The notes: a model not told the origin generated them from the sequence alone. Positions 18,630 to 28,694 are shown, counted from the stretch's first letter. The stretch: 64,000 nt of DNA from Candidatus Omnitrophota bacterium (GCA_018814825.1 JAHIYJ010000090.1:1321-65320); one strand, 5' to 3'. Numbers and translations are program-made.

Positions 18630-19766
18630 ATAGACAAAAACTTAAAACCAGGATTTTTAAACAAATCTTTTTTACTACCAAACGATATACGATATACGAC
18701 ATACGATATACGAAACATGCGATATGCGAAACGAGGCTCTGTCCTGATCATGACTTTCATAATCATGGCAACTCTTATTTCTATAACTTTAGGCTTTTTA
18801 TTTATGATGTCTATACAGCTTAAAGGTTCGGGATATGATGTGGCGAGTTCAAAGGCCCTCTGGCTGGCTGAGGCGGGATTGCAGAAGGTTATTTATCAGA
18901 TCAAAAATAGCTCTAGTTTTAGAGATAATCCGACTACCATAACCGGAAATTTAGAAAATGGGGGTTATTCTGTGAGTGTGAGTAAAAATGGAATCACATA
19001 CTCGCTTAGCTCAACCGGGACAGAATCTGACATATCGAGAACAGTAGAGTTGGATGCAGTTGTCAGCTCAAATGGAGGTAGTTATCCCGATGGCGCCCCT
19101 GAGGCATTTAATTATGCCATGCATTCTTTTGGCAATCACATCAAGTTCAAAGATTCCGAGGGCACTATTAACGGAAATGTGGCCTCGGCCAACAGTGTGC
19201 AAAATTCAGGCGATCCAACGATAAACGGCATCGTAACCAGTAATTCCACCGTACCCACGCCTTTTACGGTTAATATGGCTGGTTATCAGTCTATAGCCGA
19301 TAACGTTGAGAGCAGTAATTATACTTTTACGGAAGGTAATACCTATGGCTCCTCTGGCAGCGAACAAATTTGGTATGTGCAGGGGAATGTTACGATAGAA
19401 GAAAATGTTGCTATCTATGGCACAGTTGTTGCTGAGCATAATGTCACTTTGGGCAGTGAAGATATAACAATCGATGCAGCATCTGGTTACCCCGCTCTCA
19501 TCGCAGGCAATAATATTAGCGGAGATGGATTAGAAAATAGTGCTATAAATGGGTTGATTGCCGCAGAAAACAATATTGATTTTGATAACATCAAAGATGC
19601 TACTATCAATGGGGCAATACTCGCCGGCAATAATATAACTATGAGAGATGGCGAAGATTTTACAGTTAATTACGACTCAGATATAACATCCAATCCGCCC
19701 CCATATTTTAGCGGCTATGGGGGCACTACTACTGTTACGACACAGGGTTGGAATGAGATTACATGA
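18627..19766 (+). CDS. Minor pseudopilin, GspK/PilX-like (PilX_N-like N-terminus, no Glu5), with a large N/G/T-rich C-terminal domain
   Basis: ..RYAKRGSVLIMTFIIMATLISITLGFLFMM..ALWLAEAGLQKV is PilX/GspK-type. An alternative internal start is ATG ~18717 (MRYAKRG..). Confidence 0.55.
   Translation: MIDKNLKPGFLNKSFLLPNDIRYTTYDIRNMRYAKRGSVLIMTFIIMATLISITLGFLFMMSIQLKGSGYDVASSKALWLAEAGLQKVIYQIKNSSSFRDNPTTITGNLENGGYSVSVSKNGITYSLSSTGTESDISRTVELDAVVSSNGGSYPDGAPEAFNYAMHSFGNHIKFKDSEGTINGNVASANSVQNSGDPTINGIVTSNSTVPTPFTVNMAGYQSIADNVESSNYTFTEGNTYGSSGSEQIWYVQGNVTIEENVAIYGTVVAEHNVTLGSEDITIDAASGYPALIAGNNISGDGLENSAINGLIAAENNIDFDNIKDATINGAILAGNNITMRDGEDFTVNYDSDITSNPPPYFSGYGGTTTVTTQGWNEIT
18683..18733. repeat. 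(CGATATA)n heptamer repeat, reverse orientation, 7 units
   Basis: The units read cgatata|cgatata|cgacata|cgatata|cgaaaca|tgcgata|tgcgaaa. Confidence 0.65.
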
Positions 19767-19835
19767 TCGTTTACCGTTACGGTTAACGGTAAACAGCGAG
19801 GCGAAGCCGAGCGGGTAAACGGTAAACGCAACAAG
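19767..19835. repeat. Hairpin repeats of the CGGTAAA/CGTTTAC heptamer family
   Basis: GTTTACCGTT-acggtt-AACGGTAAAC forms a perfect 10-bp stem. It is followed by gggtaaacggtaaacg. Confidence 0.6.
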
Positions 19836-19845
19836 GGATACATAA

Positions 19846-21438
19846 ATGAATGTAAGAGGGGTTTTTCAGAAAGATTACATAGTAGGGCTGGACATCGGAT
19901 CTTCTTCTATAAAATTGGCCAAATTTTTGAAAACTCCGGACGGTTTATGTCTTATAAAGACCGATATAGAAGAGGTTAGCAGCTATGCAGTTGATGAGGC
20001 CTTGCGCGGGAAAGAAATACAAAGTCTTCTAAAAAAAATTACCAGAGGGGTAGATGTAAGCAACTCTAAATTTATTGTCACTATCAATTGTCCCAAGACC
20101 GCCATAAAAAAAGCGATAGTGCCTTATATGCCAAGGACAGAATTGCGTAATGCCATAAGATTGGCGGTAAAGAATTATTTCCCGTTTCCAATAGACGACT
20201 CCTTGGTAGATTTTGAGATATCGGGCGAGGTGATTGAAAAAGGTGTTAAAAAATTTGAGGTCCTGGTCGCGACCTCCCCTAAAAAGACAGTTAACGAATT
20301 TTTATCTATATTGAAGGAAGCAGGTGTAAAACCAGTTTCATTCATTGCCGTTCCTTATGCGATGCAAAGATTAGCCCATGCATTTTATCCTGGCGAGGGC
20401 CAGACAAGGTGTTTTCTTGATATAGGCAGTTGTCATACAGAATTGGTTATATTAAAAGGAAAGGGCCTGGTTTTTTCCCGTAAGATCCCTGTTGCAGGCA
20501 ATGATATTACTAAAGAGATGACAGGAGTTTTGGTCTCGGACAAGGGCAGGACAGAGCTTTCATTGGACGAGGCTGAAAAAATAAAGCGGAAAATAGGGCT
20601 ACCTCCTGAAGGCGAATCAAAGATGATAAATGACAAGATTTCCACGACTCAAATTTTATCTATGATAAGGATGCCTTTGGAGCAATTAGTAAATGAGATA
20701 GAAAGATGTTTTGATTATTACAGGGAAGAGGCGGAAGGCGGAAAGATAGATTCGTTTGTTCTATTAGGCGGAGGCTCTTCTCTCAGGAGACTTACGGATT
20801 TTCTTTCTAAGGAATTAGGAATAGAAGTAAAGTTGTTAAGCTCCCTCGAGGGTATAAAAATTGAGCCTGGGGCAATAGACGGACGCGCGCCCGAACTACA
20901 TAGATTAGCCCTGGCTATAGGCGCGGGTTTAGGTGGGGTAAAGGGGCTTAATCTGCTGCCCCTGGAAATTAAAGAAGAGACGAAAAAAACCTTTAAACGA
21001 GCGGGCATTCAGGCCGTGGTTACAGGGGTTATTATTACTCTGGCCCTTGTCTATATCGGGATGAGAATACAGGTTACGAGTTTTCAGAAAAGGATCGCGG
21101 CCAGCAGGATAGAGATGTTAAGTTTAAAGCCCCAGATGGAACAGGTCAAGGCGCAGAATTTGACAAGCGAGATATTGCGAAATGAGCCATACTGGGAAGA
21201 CGTGTTTAGGGAGTTGAGTAATATAGTTCCTGACGATAGCTATCTTACACAATTTACCATGAAGGACAAGACCTTTAAGATGCGAGGCGTGGTTATATCC
21301 AGTGCGCCTGAAGAGATCTTGTCTGGTTTTATACTTGCGCTTGAAAAGGGTATATTTAAGGACGTGAGGCTTATTAGCACAAAAGAGATCAGAGATACGA
21401 CCGGCAATGAATTTGAATTAGAATGTCGAATCGATTAA
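19846..21438 (+). CDS. PilM-PilN fusion (MshI-like): actin-like ATPase-fold domain + TM + PilN domain
   Basis: IVGLDIGSSSIKLAKF is the PilM N-terminus. The C-terminal third has a TM segment (AVVTGVIITLALVYIG) followed by a PilN-like periplasmic domain. 530 aa. Confidence 0.75.
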   Translation: MNVRGVFQKDYIVGLDIGSSSIKLAKFLKTPDGLCLIKTDIEEVSSYAVDEALRGKEIQSLLKKITRGVDVSNSKFIVTINCPKTAIKKAIVPYMPRTELRNAIRLAVKNYFPFPIDDSLVDFEISGEVIEKGVKKFEVLVATSPKKTVNEFLSILKEAGVKPVSFIAVPYAMQRLAHAFYPGEGQTRCFLDIGSCHTELVILKGKGLVFSRKIPVAGNDITKEMTGVLVSDKGRTELSLDEAEKIKRKIGLPPEGESKMINDKISTTQILSMIRMPLEQLVNEIERCFDYYREEAEGGKIDSFVLLGGGSSLRRLTDFLSKELGIEVKLLSSLEGIKIEPGAIDGRAPELHRLALAIGAGLGGVKGLNLLPLEIKEETKKTFKRAGIQAVVTGVIITLALVYIGMRIQVTSFQKRIAASRIEMLSLKPQMEQVKAQNLTSEILRNEPYWEDVFRELSNIVPDDSYLTQFTMKDKTFKMRGVVISSAPEEILSGFILALEKGIFKDVRLISTKEIRDTTGNEFELECRID

Positions 21439-21448
21439 AGGGGCTGGG

Positions 21449-21958
21449 ATGGAACTTACTAAAGATAGAGCTGCGATAATTATAACGGGTGTGATTGCAG
21501 TAGTTACCTTGGGGGTATATCTATTTTTGTATAGGCCGGCTATTTCCAAATGCAGTGAGGCTGGTTGCGAGTGCAGGATGATTGAATCAGAAGTTTTAAG
21601 GGCCAGAGAGTCAATGTATCTTTTAAAACAGGATGCTGCGAAACGTGTATTCGTGTCAGAAAACAATATATCTGTTGCCATAGATGAGTTGACGAAACAA
21701 GGCAGGTCTAAAGGCATTAATTTTACCTCTATTACCCCGGGAAAAATCGAGAATCCTGGAGATGTCGGGTATAAGATCCTTCCTATAGACATGGAGATAG
21801 AGTCAACTTATAAGGAATTGGCGGTATTTCTGGGTTTACTGGAAGGGCTGAAGGAGAGCCTTGTTACAGTAAAGGATATTGATATTGCCTCCGAAGAGAT
21901 AAGAAGCGCAAAACTAAGGGCCAGATTGATACTGAATATGTATCTTTCATACCAATAG
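21449..21958 (+). CDS. pilO: PilO/GspM-like inner-membrane assembly protein
   Basis: N-terminal TM plus coiled-coil. Size and position match PilO (169 aa). Confidence 0.5.
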   Translation: MELTKDRAAIIITGVIAVVTLGVYLFLYRPAISKCSEAGCECRMIESEVLRARESMYLLKQDAAKRVFVSENNISVAIDELTKQGRSKGINFTSITPGKIENPGDVGYKILPIDMEIESTYKELAVFLGLLEGLKESLVTVKDIDIASEEIRSAKLRARLILNMYLSYQ

Positions 21959-22058
21959 CAGTTATACATGTTTCGTGTACCGTTAACCGCTAACCGTTTA
22001 CCGTAACGGTTCACGATAAACGCTAAACGCTACACGGTAAACGGTAAACGGTAAAGCA
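21959..22058. repeat. About 100-nt array of heptamer repeats (CGTTAAC, CGCTAAC, CGTTTAC ... CGGTAAA x3) with inverted halves
   Basis: The right half reads cgataaa|cgctaaa|cgctaca|cggtaaa|cggtaaa|cggtaaa. It lies between pilO and pilP. Confidence 0.65.
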
Positions 22059-22490
22059 ATGCAGAATAAGAAAATAATAACGTTGATTATTTTAGGGATC
22101 CTAGCTGTCTTTAGCCTGGTTTATGGGATAGTTACTCCTTCAAAGGCAAGGCGCGGGATTTCTCGAGGGCCTATCGAGACTAAAAAGAAAGTGACAATTA
22201 GTGCAGGGGCAGAGACAATTTCTGGGGTAGGACGGCCGCAAAGGACCAGTTTCTCCGACTGGGGCAGAGATCCTTTTTCCGCGGTTTCGACGCTATCCCT
22301 ATCAACAAATATTTCCGATATGAGCCTTACAGGCATACTGTGGGACGACGTGGCGCCTCTCGCCATGATCAATGACAATCTCATAGGAATAGGAGATAAG
22401 ATCGGTGAGTATACTGTGGCGGAGATTAAAAAAGATCGAGTAATCCTGACTGATGGCACCAATGATTATCAACTCACCCTTCCTTATTAA
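22059..22490 (+). CDS. pilP: PilP-like periplasmic protein
   Basis: TM anchor and a C-terminal beta domain (EYTVAEIKKDRVILTDGTNDYQLTL). Position follows PilO. Confidence 0.45.
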   Translation: MQNKKIITLIILGILAVFSLVYGIVTPSKARRGISRGPIETKKKVTISAGAETISGVGRPQRTSFSDWGRDPFSAVSTLSLSTNISDMSLTGILWDDVAPLAMINDNLIGIGDKIGEYTVAEIKKDRVILTDGTNDYQLTLPY

Positions 22491-22604
22491 GATGGAATTG
22501 GCGTAGATTTTATTTATCAGATACTAGGTGGTTAAAAACCAGGATTCAAGGATAGGGTTGCTTATCAAGGGAGATATAGAAAGGCTTATGAAAAAGGACA
22601 CGCC

Positions 22605-23360
22605 ATGAATAACTCTAAGGGCATTAGTTTATTCAGTACTGTTTTGCTGATCGTATTCCTGTTGATTGTGTTTTACCTCATGGGATTCTTTTTAAGTTTC
22701 CAGATAGGCAGTTTGGATGGAGTCAGTCTTGCCTTCCTATGTGTGTTCCTTATTTTAACTTCTTTTTCTTTAGGTACGCTTATAATTTCTTTAGACCCGC
22801 CGTTTTTTAAAAACAGTCTTTCACGGTATGTATCTTTTGTGGCCCTCTTGTTATCTGTCCTTACGCTCATTACCTCTGCAGGCACAGCTGTATTCAAGGT
22901 AATAGTTCTAATAGCCCTTCCCGCACTTTTCTTCCATCTTTTTATTCTAGCAGTTCATGTAGCAAATTTTTTAAGAGAAAGAATAAGTCTGAGGCCTAAG
23001 AGGATAGTGGATTTTAGCGAAAAAAGAAGATATATGCGTATCAAAGGTTATGCGACTGCGCAATATCTGTCAAATGGGAAGAATTGGAAGGGGCTGGGTG
23101 TCTATGATATCAGTGCCTCAGGCATGAGGTTAATTATGCGGGAGGAGATGAATGTAGGCCAGAATATAGAGTTGAAAATAATCATACCCTATGACACCAG
23201 GCCGATCTTTGCTAGAGGCGAGATAATCTGGAAAAGGGAGTTTCTTTTAGAAACAAAGGTATTCCATATCGGAGTAAGATTTATAAAGATTGATTCCTCA
23301 GATGTTTTGAGGTTGTCCCTTAAGCAAGTTTATAGCTTATTTCAGGAGCATGTAACCTGA
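22605..23360 (+). CDS. Polytopic membrane protein with a C-terminal PilZ (c-di-GMP receptor) domain
   Basis: Four or five N-terminal TM segments. The PilZ motifs RRYMR (RxxxR) and DISASG (D/NxSxxG) are intact. Confidence 0.7.
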   Translation: MNNSKGISLFSTVLLIVFLLIVFYLMGFFLSFQIGSLDGVSLAFLCVFLILTSFSLGTLIISLDPPFFKNSLSRYVSFVALLLSVLTLITSAGTAVFKVIVLIALPALFFHLFILAVHVANFLRERISLRPKRIVDFSEKRRYMRIKGYATAQYLSNGKNWKGLGVYDISASGMRLIMREEMNVGQNIELKIIIPYDTRPIFARGEIIWKREFLLETKVFHIGVRFIKIDSSDVLRLSLKQVYSLFQEHVT

Positions 23361-23494
23361 TATGAAGATAGCAATAAGTAGAAAGGTCAGTCTCTTGGTA
23401 TTGTTTTTATATCCATATAGAATTACAGGATTTCAGGGTAGGTATCCTTTCAAACCAGAAGAACTTTTGGCTAAGATAAAGGAAGTTTAAAAAA

Positions 23495-26029
23495 ATGACT
23501 GATTCTTCCCCCGATGACCTGAAGAATATAACCCCTGCCGGTTATGAAGATTTGATAAAGGCCTTAAACCTGGCAGTGATTCAGTATACTATGTATCCGC
23601 ATGAACATATCCTGGCCAAAGGTGCATTAGAGACTGCCTATAACTCCCTAACCGAGGCGTTAAAAGATAAAAAAGATCTTATATTTGGCATCGTGGAGAA
23701 CAGGTTGTTGGTGGAGGATGCTGTCCTTAATGACGCAGTCTCTTTAATTGCCAGATTTTTCGATAACTTTAAGAAATTAAAAATAGACTCATTGACTTTT
23801 TCTGCAGGCATAACAAAACAAGAATTAAGTTCGCTTATCGCTGTCATGGCAATGCGCGAAGATACCATTGAGGCCAGCGGAGGTGCAAAAAAACTCCTGG
23901 CTTCCAATGCCACCCCAAATATTAAATTAGAAAATGTGCGGTATGAGAGAGTTGGCGAGGGCGAGACTGTTGTTTCTTTGGAGGACGGGGAAAAGATAGT
24001 AAAGGTTAGCGAGGGGGAAAGACTGGTTGTTGAGAAGGCAGATGAGCATAAGGTGCAAAAGCAACCCTTTTATAAAACCATGCTTCGATATTTAAAGGGC
24101 GAGATTAAAAATTTGAAATCTGAAGTTGATGAAAAGAAATTATTGGCAGAATTGACAAAGAATCCCAAGCGCACTGTTACCCTGCTTCTTGAGGTAGGCA
24201 GGGAGATCAGAAATCTACAATTTGTCGTGGAGAGATTAGGCGATTGGCTTGCAGATTTAGTTCATCGCGAGGGGAGTTCGTTAAAAAAGGATATTTCTCA
24301 AGTAATGGCTATTTTTGGGAAAAGACTTCAGGAGGAGCTCTTGAGTTCAGGCAAGACTACAGAATCGCTGAAAACCTCTGAAACCCTGGGCACCATTGTT
24401 TCTCAATATGTGGATCGCATTAAGGTAGACATGATCACTTCTAAATTTAAGATGTCAAAAAAGAAATCACCTAAAGAGCTCGAGAGGATTATGGGAAAAG
24501 TTGTCCAGTCAAAAGATGAAATGGATAGAATTTTGCCTCAACTTTCCACTCGTCTTCAGGGTTCAGGGGTATTGAGCGATGCAGAATTTAATGATGCCAT
24601 AAAAAGGGTCAAAGAAACGCCGCTTAAAGAAAAGAAGGTAGAAATATCAGAGGTAGAGCTCAGGCGTTTATACGAACTTGAGAAGATAGCCAGGGGAAAA
24701 CAGGTACGGCCTGTGCCAGCTAAAAAAGAGACGGCGAAAATGCCACAGGCTGTTTCGGAAGACACTGATCCGGGAAAAGAAAAGACCGGTGAAAAGTCGA
24801 ATGCCCCCGAAGAAGGAAAACAGGCGATAATTAAATCCGACGAGGTGGTTGTTTCAAGGCAAGAATTAGAGAGGCTTCGTCATGGTTTTCATGGATTTGA
24901 GGATGAGATAGCGTCAAGGGTGAAGGCCGCAACTAAACACCTTGCAGAGCGCAATAGAGAGCTTAGCGCTGATTTGGAGAGGCAATACACTCTTTTGCAT
25001 GAATGTTCTTCAGGGATTATTGTTGTTGACAGGGAAGACAAGGTCATATTAATGAACCGCGCGGCAGAAGAGCTTTTGGGTGTCCCTAAAGAAAAGATGA
25101 TAGGGCATTATATTTTAGACCAGCTCAGAGAGGAACATCTTTTGGCCTTAACAAGGAGAAAGGAATTTTCATCAGATAAGACTATCAAGCAGGTTGAAGT
25201 CTCCGCCGTCAATTCCGGGACAAGAGATACGATTAAGGCATCTACAGCTGTGGTTGAAGATGAAGACGGCAAAACCATTGGCATGCTCTTTGTCCTTACC
25301 GATGTTATTAAGCAGAGAGAATTGGAGGAGATAAAGAAGAATTTTTTATCCAGGGTTTCTATTCATTTGCTAGGCCCTGCAACAAGTATTCGCGACAATC
25401 TTATTGTCCTGTTGAATCAGACTGCAGGAGATCTTAATGAAGAGCAGAAAAGGCTAGTTTCAATGGGCAGGGATAATGTAGAGCACCTGGCCAGGACTAT
25501 CGGCGAACTTTTGATTGCTTCAGAGATTCGAAAAAAGGAGCTTAAATTAAACCTGACTAGATTTGACCTTGTTTCCCTTATAGAAACTTCTATAACAGGG
25601 TTTCAGAGATTTGCAGTGGAGAAAAAGATATCTATAAAAAAGGAATTGCCTAAAACAACCTTGGAAATTAATGCAGACAGGGAAAAGGTTTTTATGGTAT
25701 TGGATAGTCTCATTGCCAATGGCCTTAAGGCTGCTTCTAATGGCGGAGAGGTGACCATAGGCACTGGCCCCTATATTGACGAACAACAGATGAAAACAGG
25801 CTTTGTGTTGGTTTATGTGGCAGATACAGGCAGTGGTATACCGGCTTCAGAAATCGATGAGATATTCGACGAGTTTTATAATGCCGGGATTAACGATGAG
25901 AAATTTAGCGGTTTGGGCCTTGGATTATCCTCCGCCAAAGAAATAATAAATATGCACGGAGGAAAGATTTGGGTAGAAACTAGGCGGGGGAAAGGAAGCA
26001 AGTTTAGTTTAATCCTGCCGGTTAAATAG
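23495..26029 (+). CDS. Large cytoplasmic sensor histidine kinase (coiled-coil N-terminal region, PAS, HisKA, HATPase_c)
   Basis: PAS-like segment SGIIVVDREDKVILMNRAAEELLG. HATPase motifs DTGSGIP and GLGLGLSSAK. 844 aa. No receiver domain. Confidence 0.7.
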   Translation: MTDSSPDDLKNITPAGYEDLIKALNLAVIQYTMYPHEHILAKGALETAYNSLTEALKDKKDLIFGIVENRLLVEDAVLNDAVSLIARFFDNFKKLKIDSLTFSAGITKQELSSLIAVMAMREDTIEASGGAKKLLASNATPNIKLENVRYERVGEGETVVSLEDGEKIVKVSEGERLVVEKADEHKVQKQPFYKTMLRYLKGEIKNLKSEVDEKKLLAELTKNPKRTVTLLLEVGREIRNLQFVVERLGDWLADLVHREGSSLKKDISQVMAIFGKRLQEELLSSGKTTESLKTSETLGTIVSQYVDRIKVDMITSKFKMSKKKSPKELERIMGKVVQSKDEMDRILPQLSTRLQGSGVLSDAEFNDAIKRVKETPLKEKKVEISEVELRRLYELEKIARGKQVRPVPAKKETAKMPQAVSEDTDPGKEKTGEKSNAPEEGKQAIIKSDEVVVSRQELERLRHGFHGFEDEIASRVKAATKHLAERNRELSADLERQYTLLHECSSGIIVVDREDKVILMNRAAEELLGVPKEKMIGHYILDQLREEHLLALTRRKEFSSDKTIKQVEVSAVNSGTRDTIKASTAVVEDEDGKTIGMLFVLTDVIKQRELEEIKKNFLSRVSIHLLGPATSIRDNLIVLLNQTAGDLNEEQKRLVSMGRDNVEHLARTIGELLIASEIRKKELKLNLTRFDLVSLIETSITGFQRFAVEKKISIKKELPKTTLEINADREKVFMVLDSLIANGLKAASNGGEVTIGTGPYIDEQQMKTGFVLVYVADTGSGIPASEIDEIFDEFYNAGINDEKFSGLGLGLSSAKEIINMHGGKIWVETRRGKGSKFSLILPVK

Positions 26030-26051
26030 TCAGCACGGTGTTATTGAAGCC

Positions 26052-27110
26052 ATGAAGAAGGCAAAAAAAATTTTCAGAAAGGACAATTTTAAGCTTCGCC
26101 TTGCAGTTATATTACCCTTATTGTTTGTCATTTTGATCTCCGGTTATGGGATAGCTGTTTTCTATAATCTGTCGCATTTTTTTAATTCACCAAAGGCGAT
26201 TTTTAACCCACGCATATACCTCATTATCACTATAATTAGCTCTTTTTGTATCGGGTTAGCCCTGACTTATGCAATACTCATGCCCATAAGGAGGTTAAGG
26301 CAGATGCTGAAAGATATAGAAAGGAATAATTTTAGTTTAACTAAGCATCCGAACGTTGAACAGGAGATCGAAGAGGTTTTTCAATCATTTGAGCATTTAC
26401 ACTCATCTCTAGAAATCAGGAGAAGACGAGAAGTGCTTCAAAGGCTTGCCTCGCTTGGCCAGCTTGCCGCAGGGGTCGCTCATGAGATTAGGAACCCCCT
26501 TGGCTCTATAAAGGGCCTTATGAATTTAATAGCTGAGAGTTTGCCTGATGGCGATCCGAGAAATGAGTATGCCGAGGTAATATTAAGAGAGGTTGGGCGC
26601 ATGGAAGGCATTATCAATAGATTCTTAAGCGTATCCCCGTCTAAATACATGGAGATAAATCAAGAAGAGATAAATCTGGATTTAATCTTGGACGAGGCTA
26701 TATCTTTGGCAAAACTTAGCTGCTCTCAGACTAACGAGATAGAGATTATTAAAGAAGGTAATCTCGATGTAAATATAATAGGTGACAGGGAAAAATTAGG
26801 CCAGGCCTTATTTAATGTCATACTAAATGCCCATCAAGCTATGCCTAAAGAAGGCGGAACTCTGAGAGTTTCTATTAAAAGATTAGAAGATAATAGTATA
26901 CAAGTGAAATTTTCAGATACGGGGATGGGCATTGCCGAAGAAAATATAGAGAGGATATTCGACCCATTCTATACAAGCAAGGAAGAAGGAGTAGGTTTGG
27001 GCTTGACAATTACACATCAAATTATAACAGCGCATAAAGGTGATATCAGGGTGGAAAGCATCAAAGGTAAGGGATCAGATTTTATTATTTCCCTGCCGGT
27101 TGGAGGTTAA
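26052..27110 (+). CDS. pilS: Membrane sensor histidine kinase, NtrB/PilS-like
   Basis: Two TM segments. H-box LAAGVAHEIRNPLGSIKG, then HATPase_c (DTGMGI, GVGLGL). It sits immediately upstream of a sigma-54 activator. Confidence 0.65.
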   Translation: MKKAKKIFRKDNFKLRLAVILPLLFVILISGYGIAVFYNLSHFFNSPKAIFNPRIYLIITIISSFCIGLALTYAILMPIRRLRQMLKDIERNNFSLTKHPNVEQEIEEVFQSFEHLHSSLEIRRRREVLQRLASLGQLAAGVAHEIRNPLGSIKGLMNLIAESLPDGDPRNEYAEVILREVGRMEGIINRFLSVSPSKYMEINQEEINLDLILDEAISLAKLSCSQTNEIEIIKEGNLDVNIIGDREKLGQALFNVILNAHQAMPKEGGTLRVSIKRLEDNSIQVKFSDTGMGIAEENIERIFDPFYTSKEEGVGLGLTITHQIITAHKGDIRVESIKGKGSDFIISLPVGG

Positions 27111-27112
27111 AA

Positions 27113-28486
27113 ATGAGTAAGGACAGGGTTCTAATAGTGGATGATGACAGATCAATGCGTTTCATGCTTTCCGAGGCACTAAAAAAAGATGGCTACGAGA
27201 TAACGGTTACCCCTGATGCCTTAGAGGCTATTGAAAAAGTCAAAAGCCAAGTTTTTTCTGTAATTATAATGGATATAAAGATGCCAAAGATGAATGGACT
27301 GGATGCGCTTCTGAATATCAGCCATATCAGGCCTTTTATATCTTCAATCGTCCTTACTGCTTATGGCTCGGAGCAGGTAAATTTTAAAGGACTCAAAGAA
27401 TTACCTTTTGCTTATTTTACCAAGCCATTTGATTTAGAGAAACTGCGTTTAACTGTCAGACATGCAGTAGAAAAATATAGGCTGTATGAGGATAAGGCTT
27501 GCCAGAATAATCTTGCCTACAAGGATATTATTGGTGAGAGCGCTGCCATGAGAGAGGTGCGGGATTTTATTGTTAAGGTTTCAGAGACGCCGGTTACCGT
27601 ACTGATTCAAGGAGAGAGCGGCACAGGAAAAGAACTTGTAGCCAGGGCTATACACCTTTGCAGTCCAAGAAGGGATAAACCATTTATACCAATTACCTGT
27701 TCAGCTATCCCTGAAACGCTTTTAGAAAGCGAATTATTTGGTTATAAGAAAGGCGCCTTTACTGATGCCAAAGAATCTAAACCGGGCAAATTTGAATTGG
27801 CAGATGAAGGGACGGTTTTCCTCGATGAGTTTGCAGATATGAGCCCGGCTTTACAAGCAAAACTCCTGAGGGTTCTTGAGCAGAAAGAGCTCGAGGTATT
27901 AGGAGCGGTTAAGCCAGTCAAAGTCGATGTGCGTATAGTTGCCGCTACAAATAAAGATTTGCACACTGAAGTGAGAGAGCAGAGATTCCGAGAGGATCTC
28001 TATTATAGAATAAATATTGCGTCTTTGAATTTACCCCCCTTGCGTCAACGAAAAGGGGATATTCCTCTTCTTTTGGAACATCTTATAGGCAAATTTAATA
28101 AAAAGTTTAATAGGAATATTGAAAGTGTTTCGGTTGAAACATTGGAGTTTCTGATTAATTACAGTTGGCCGGGCAATGTTCGAGAATTAGAAAATATCTT
28201 ACAGCGCTCAATGCTTTTAGAGACAGGGTCTATCCTGACGTATGAAGCCTTAACTTCTTCTCTGAAAAATTTAGAAGACATAACACAGAAGACAAGCCAA
28301 ATGGATTCAACTAGGTTCCTTTCTTTAAAACAGGCCGTGAAGCAGTCTGCCTATAAAATTGAAAAGGAAATGATCCAGAAATGCCTTATAAAGCATAATA
28401 TGAACCGTAACCTTGTCAGCAGAGAGCTGAAGATAAGTCGAAAGACACTCTATAGTAAGATGAAAGAACACGGACTTTATAGTTAA
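27113..28486 (+). CDS. pilR: Sigma-54-dependent response regulator (NtrC/PilR family: REC + AAA+ + Fis-type HTH)
   Basis: REC domain (LIVDDDRSMR..IIMDIKMPKMNG). Walker A GESGTGKE. GAFTDA is the sigma-54 contact motif. The C-terminal HTH is present. Confidence 0.85.
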   Translation: MSKDRVLIVDDDRSMRFMLSEALKKDGYEITVTPDALEAIEKVKSQVFSVIIMDIKMPKMNGLDALLNISHIRPFISSIVLTAYGSEQVNFKGLKELPFAYFTKPFDLEKLRLTVRHAVEKYRLYEDKACQNNLAYKDIIGESAAMREVRDFIVKVSETPVTVLIQGESGTGKELVARAIHLCSPRRDKPFIPITCSAIPETLLESELFGYKKGAFTDAKESKPGKFELADEGTVFLDEFADMSPALQAKLLRVLEQKELEVLGAVKPVKVDVRIVAATNKDLHTEVREQRFREDLYYRINIASLNLPPLRQRKGDIPLLLEHLIGKFNKKFNRNIESVSVETLEFLINYSWPGNVRELENILQRSMLLETGSILTYEALTSSLKNLEDITQKTSQMDSTRFLSLKQAVKQSAYKIEKEMIQKCLIKHNMNRNLVSRELKISRKTLYSKMKEHGLYS

Positions 28487-28577
28487 GCATATGGGTAATA
28501 ATTTACACATTTTTATAAAGGATTACCCAACTCTTAGTTTTTGTTAATGCCAAAAACTGACATATGGCAGAAATAGT

Positions 28578-28593
28578 GCTGTATTGCTGTATT
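28578..28593. promoter_or_regulatory. Candidate enhancer (UAS): perfect tandem 8-mer GCTGTATTGCTGTATT about 100 bp upstream of the sigma-54 promoter. A nearby inverted repeat TGCCA-N12-TGGCA is at 28547..28568.
   Basis: Read directly from the sequence. The distance is typical of bacterial enhancer-binding-protein sites. The binding specificity is unknown. Confidence 0.25.
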
Positions 28594-28678
28594 AATATAG
28601 TTGTATAACTAATTATTATTAAAATAGTTATAGCAAAATATACTTTATTAGTTAAAAAATCTTATAAAAAATGTAATT

Positions 28679-28694
28679 TTGGCACGATTTTTGC
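28679..28694 (+). promoter_or_regulatory. Sigma-54 (-24/-12) promoter TGGCACG-attt-TTGCT
   Basis: TTGGCACGATTTTTGCTT matches YTGGCACGrNNNTTGCW, with 10 nt between GG and GC. It lies 32 nt upstream of the pilA ATG. pilR and rpoN are both in this window. Confidence 0.8.

Noticed and set aside
16647-22058. Possible CRISPR array suggested by many short repeats between pilus genes.
   Set aside because: The repeats are 7-nt tandem units in inverted orientation at gene junctions. They are not 25-40-nt direct repeats separated by unique, similar-length spacers. There are no cas genes.
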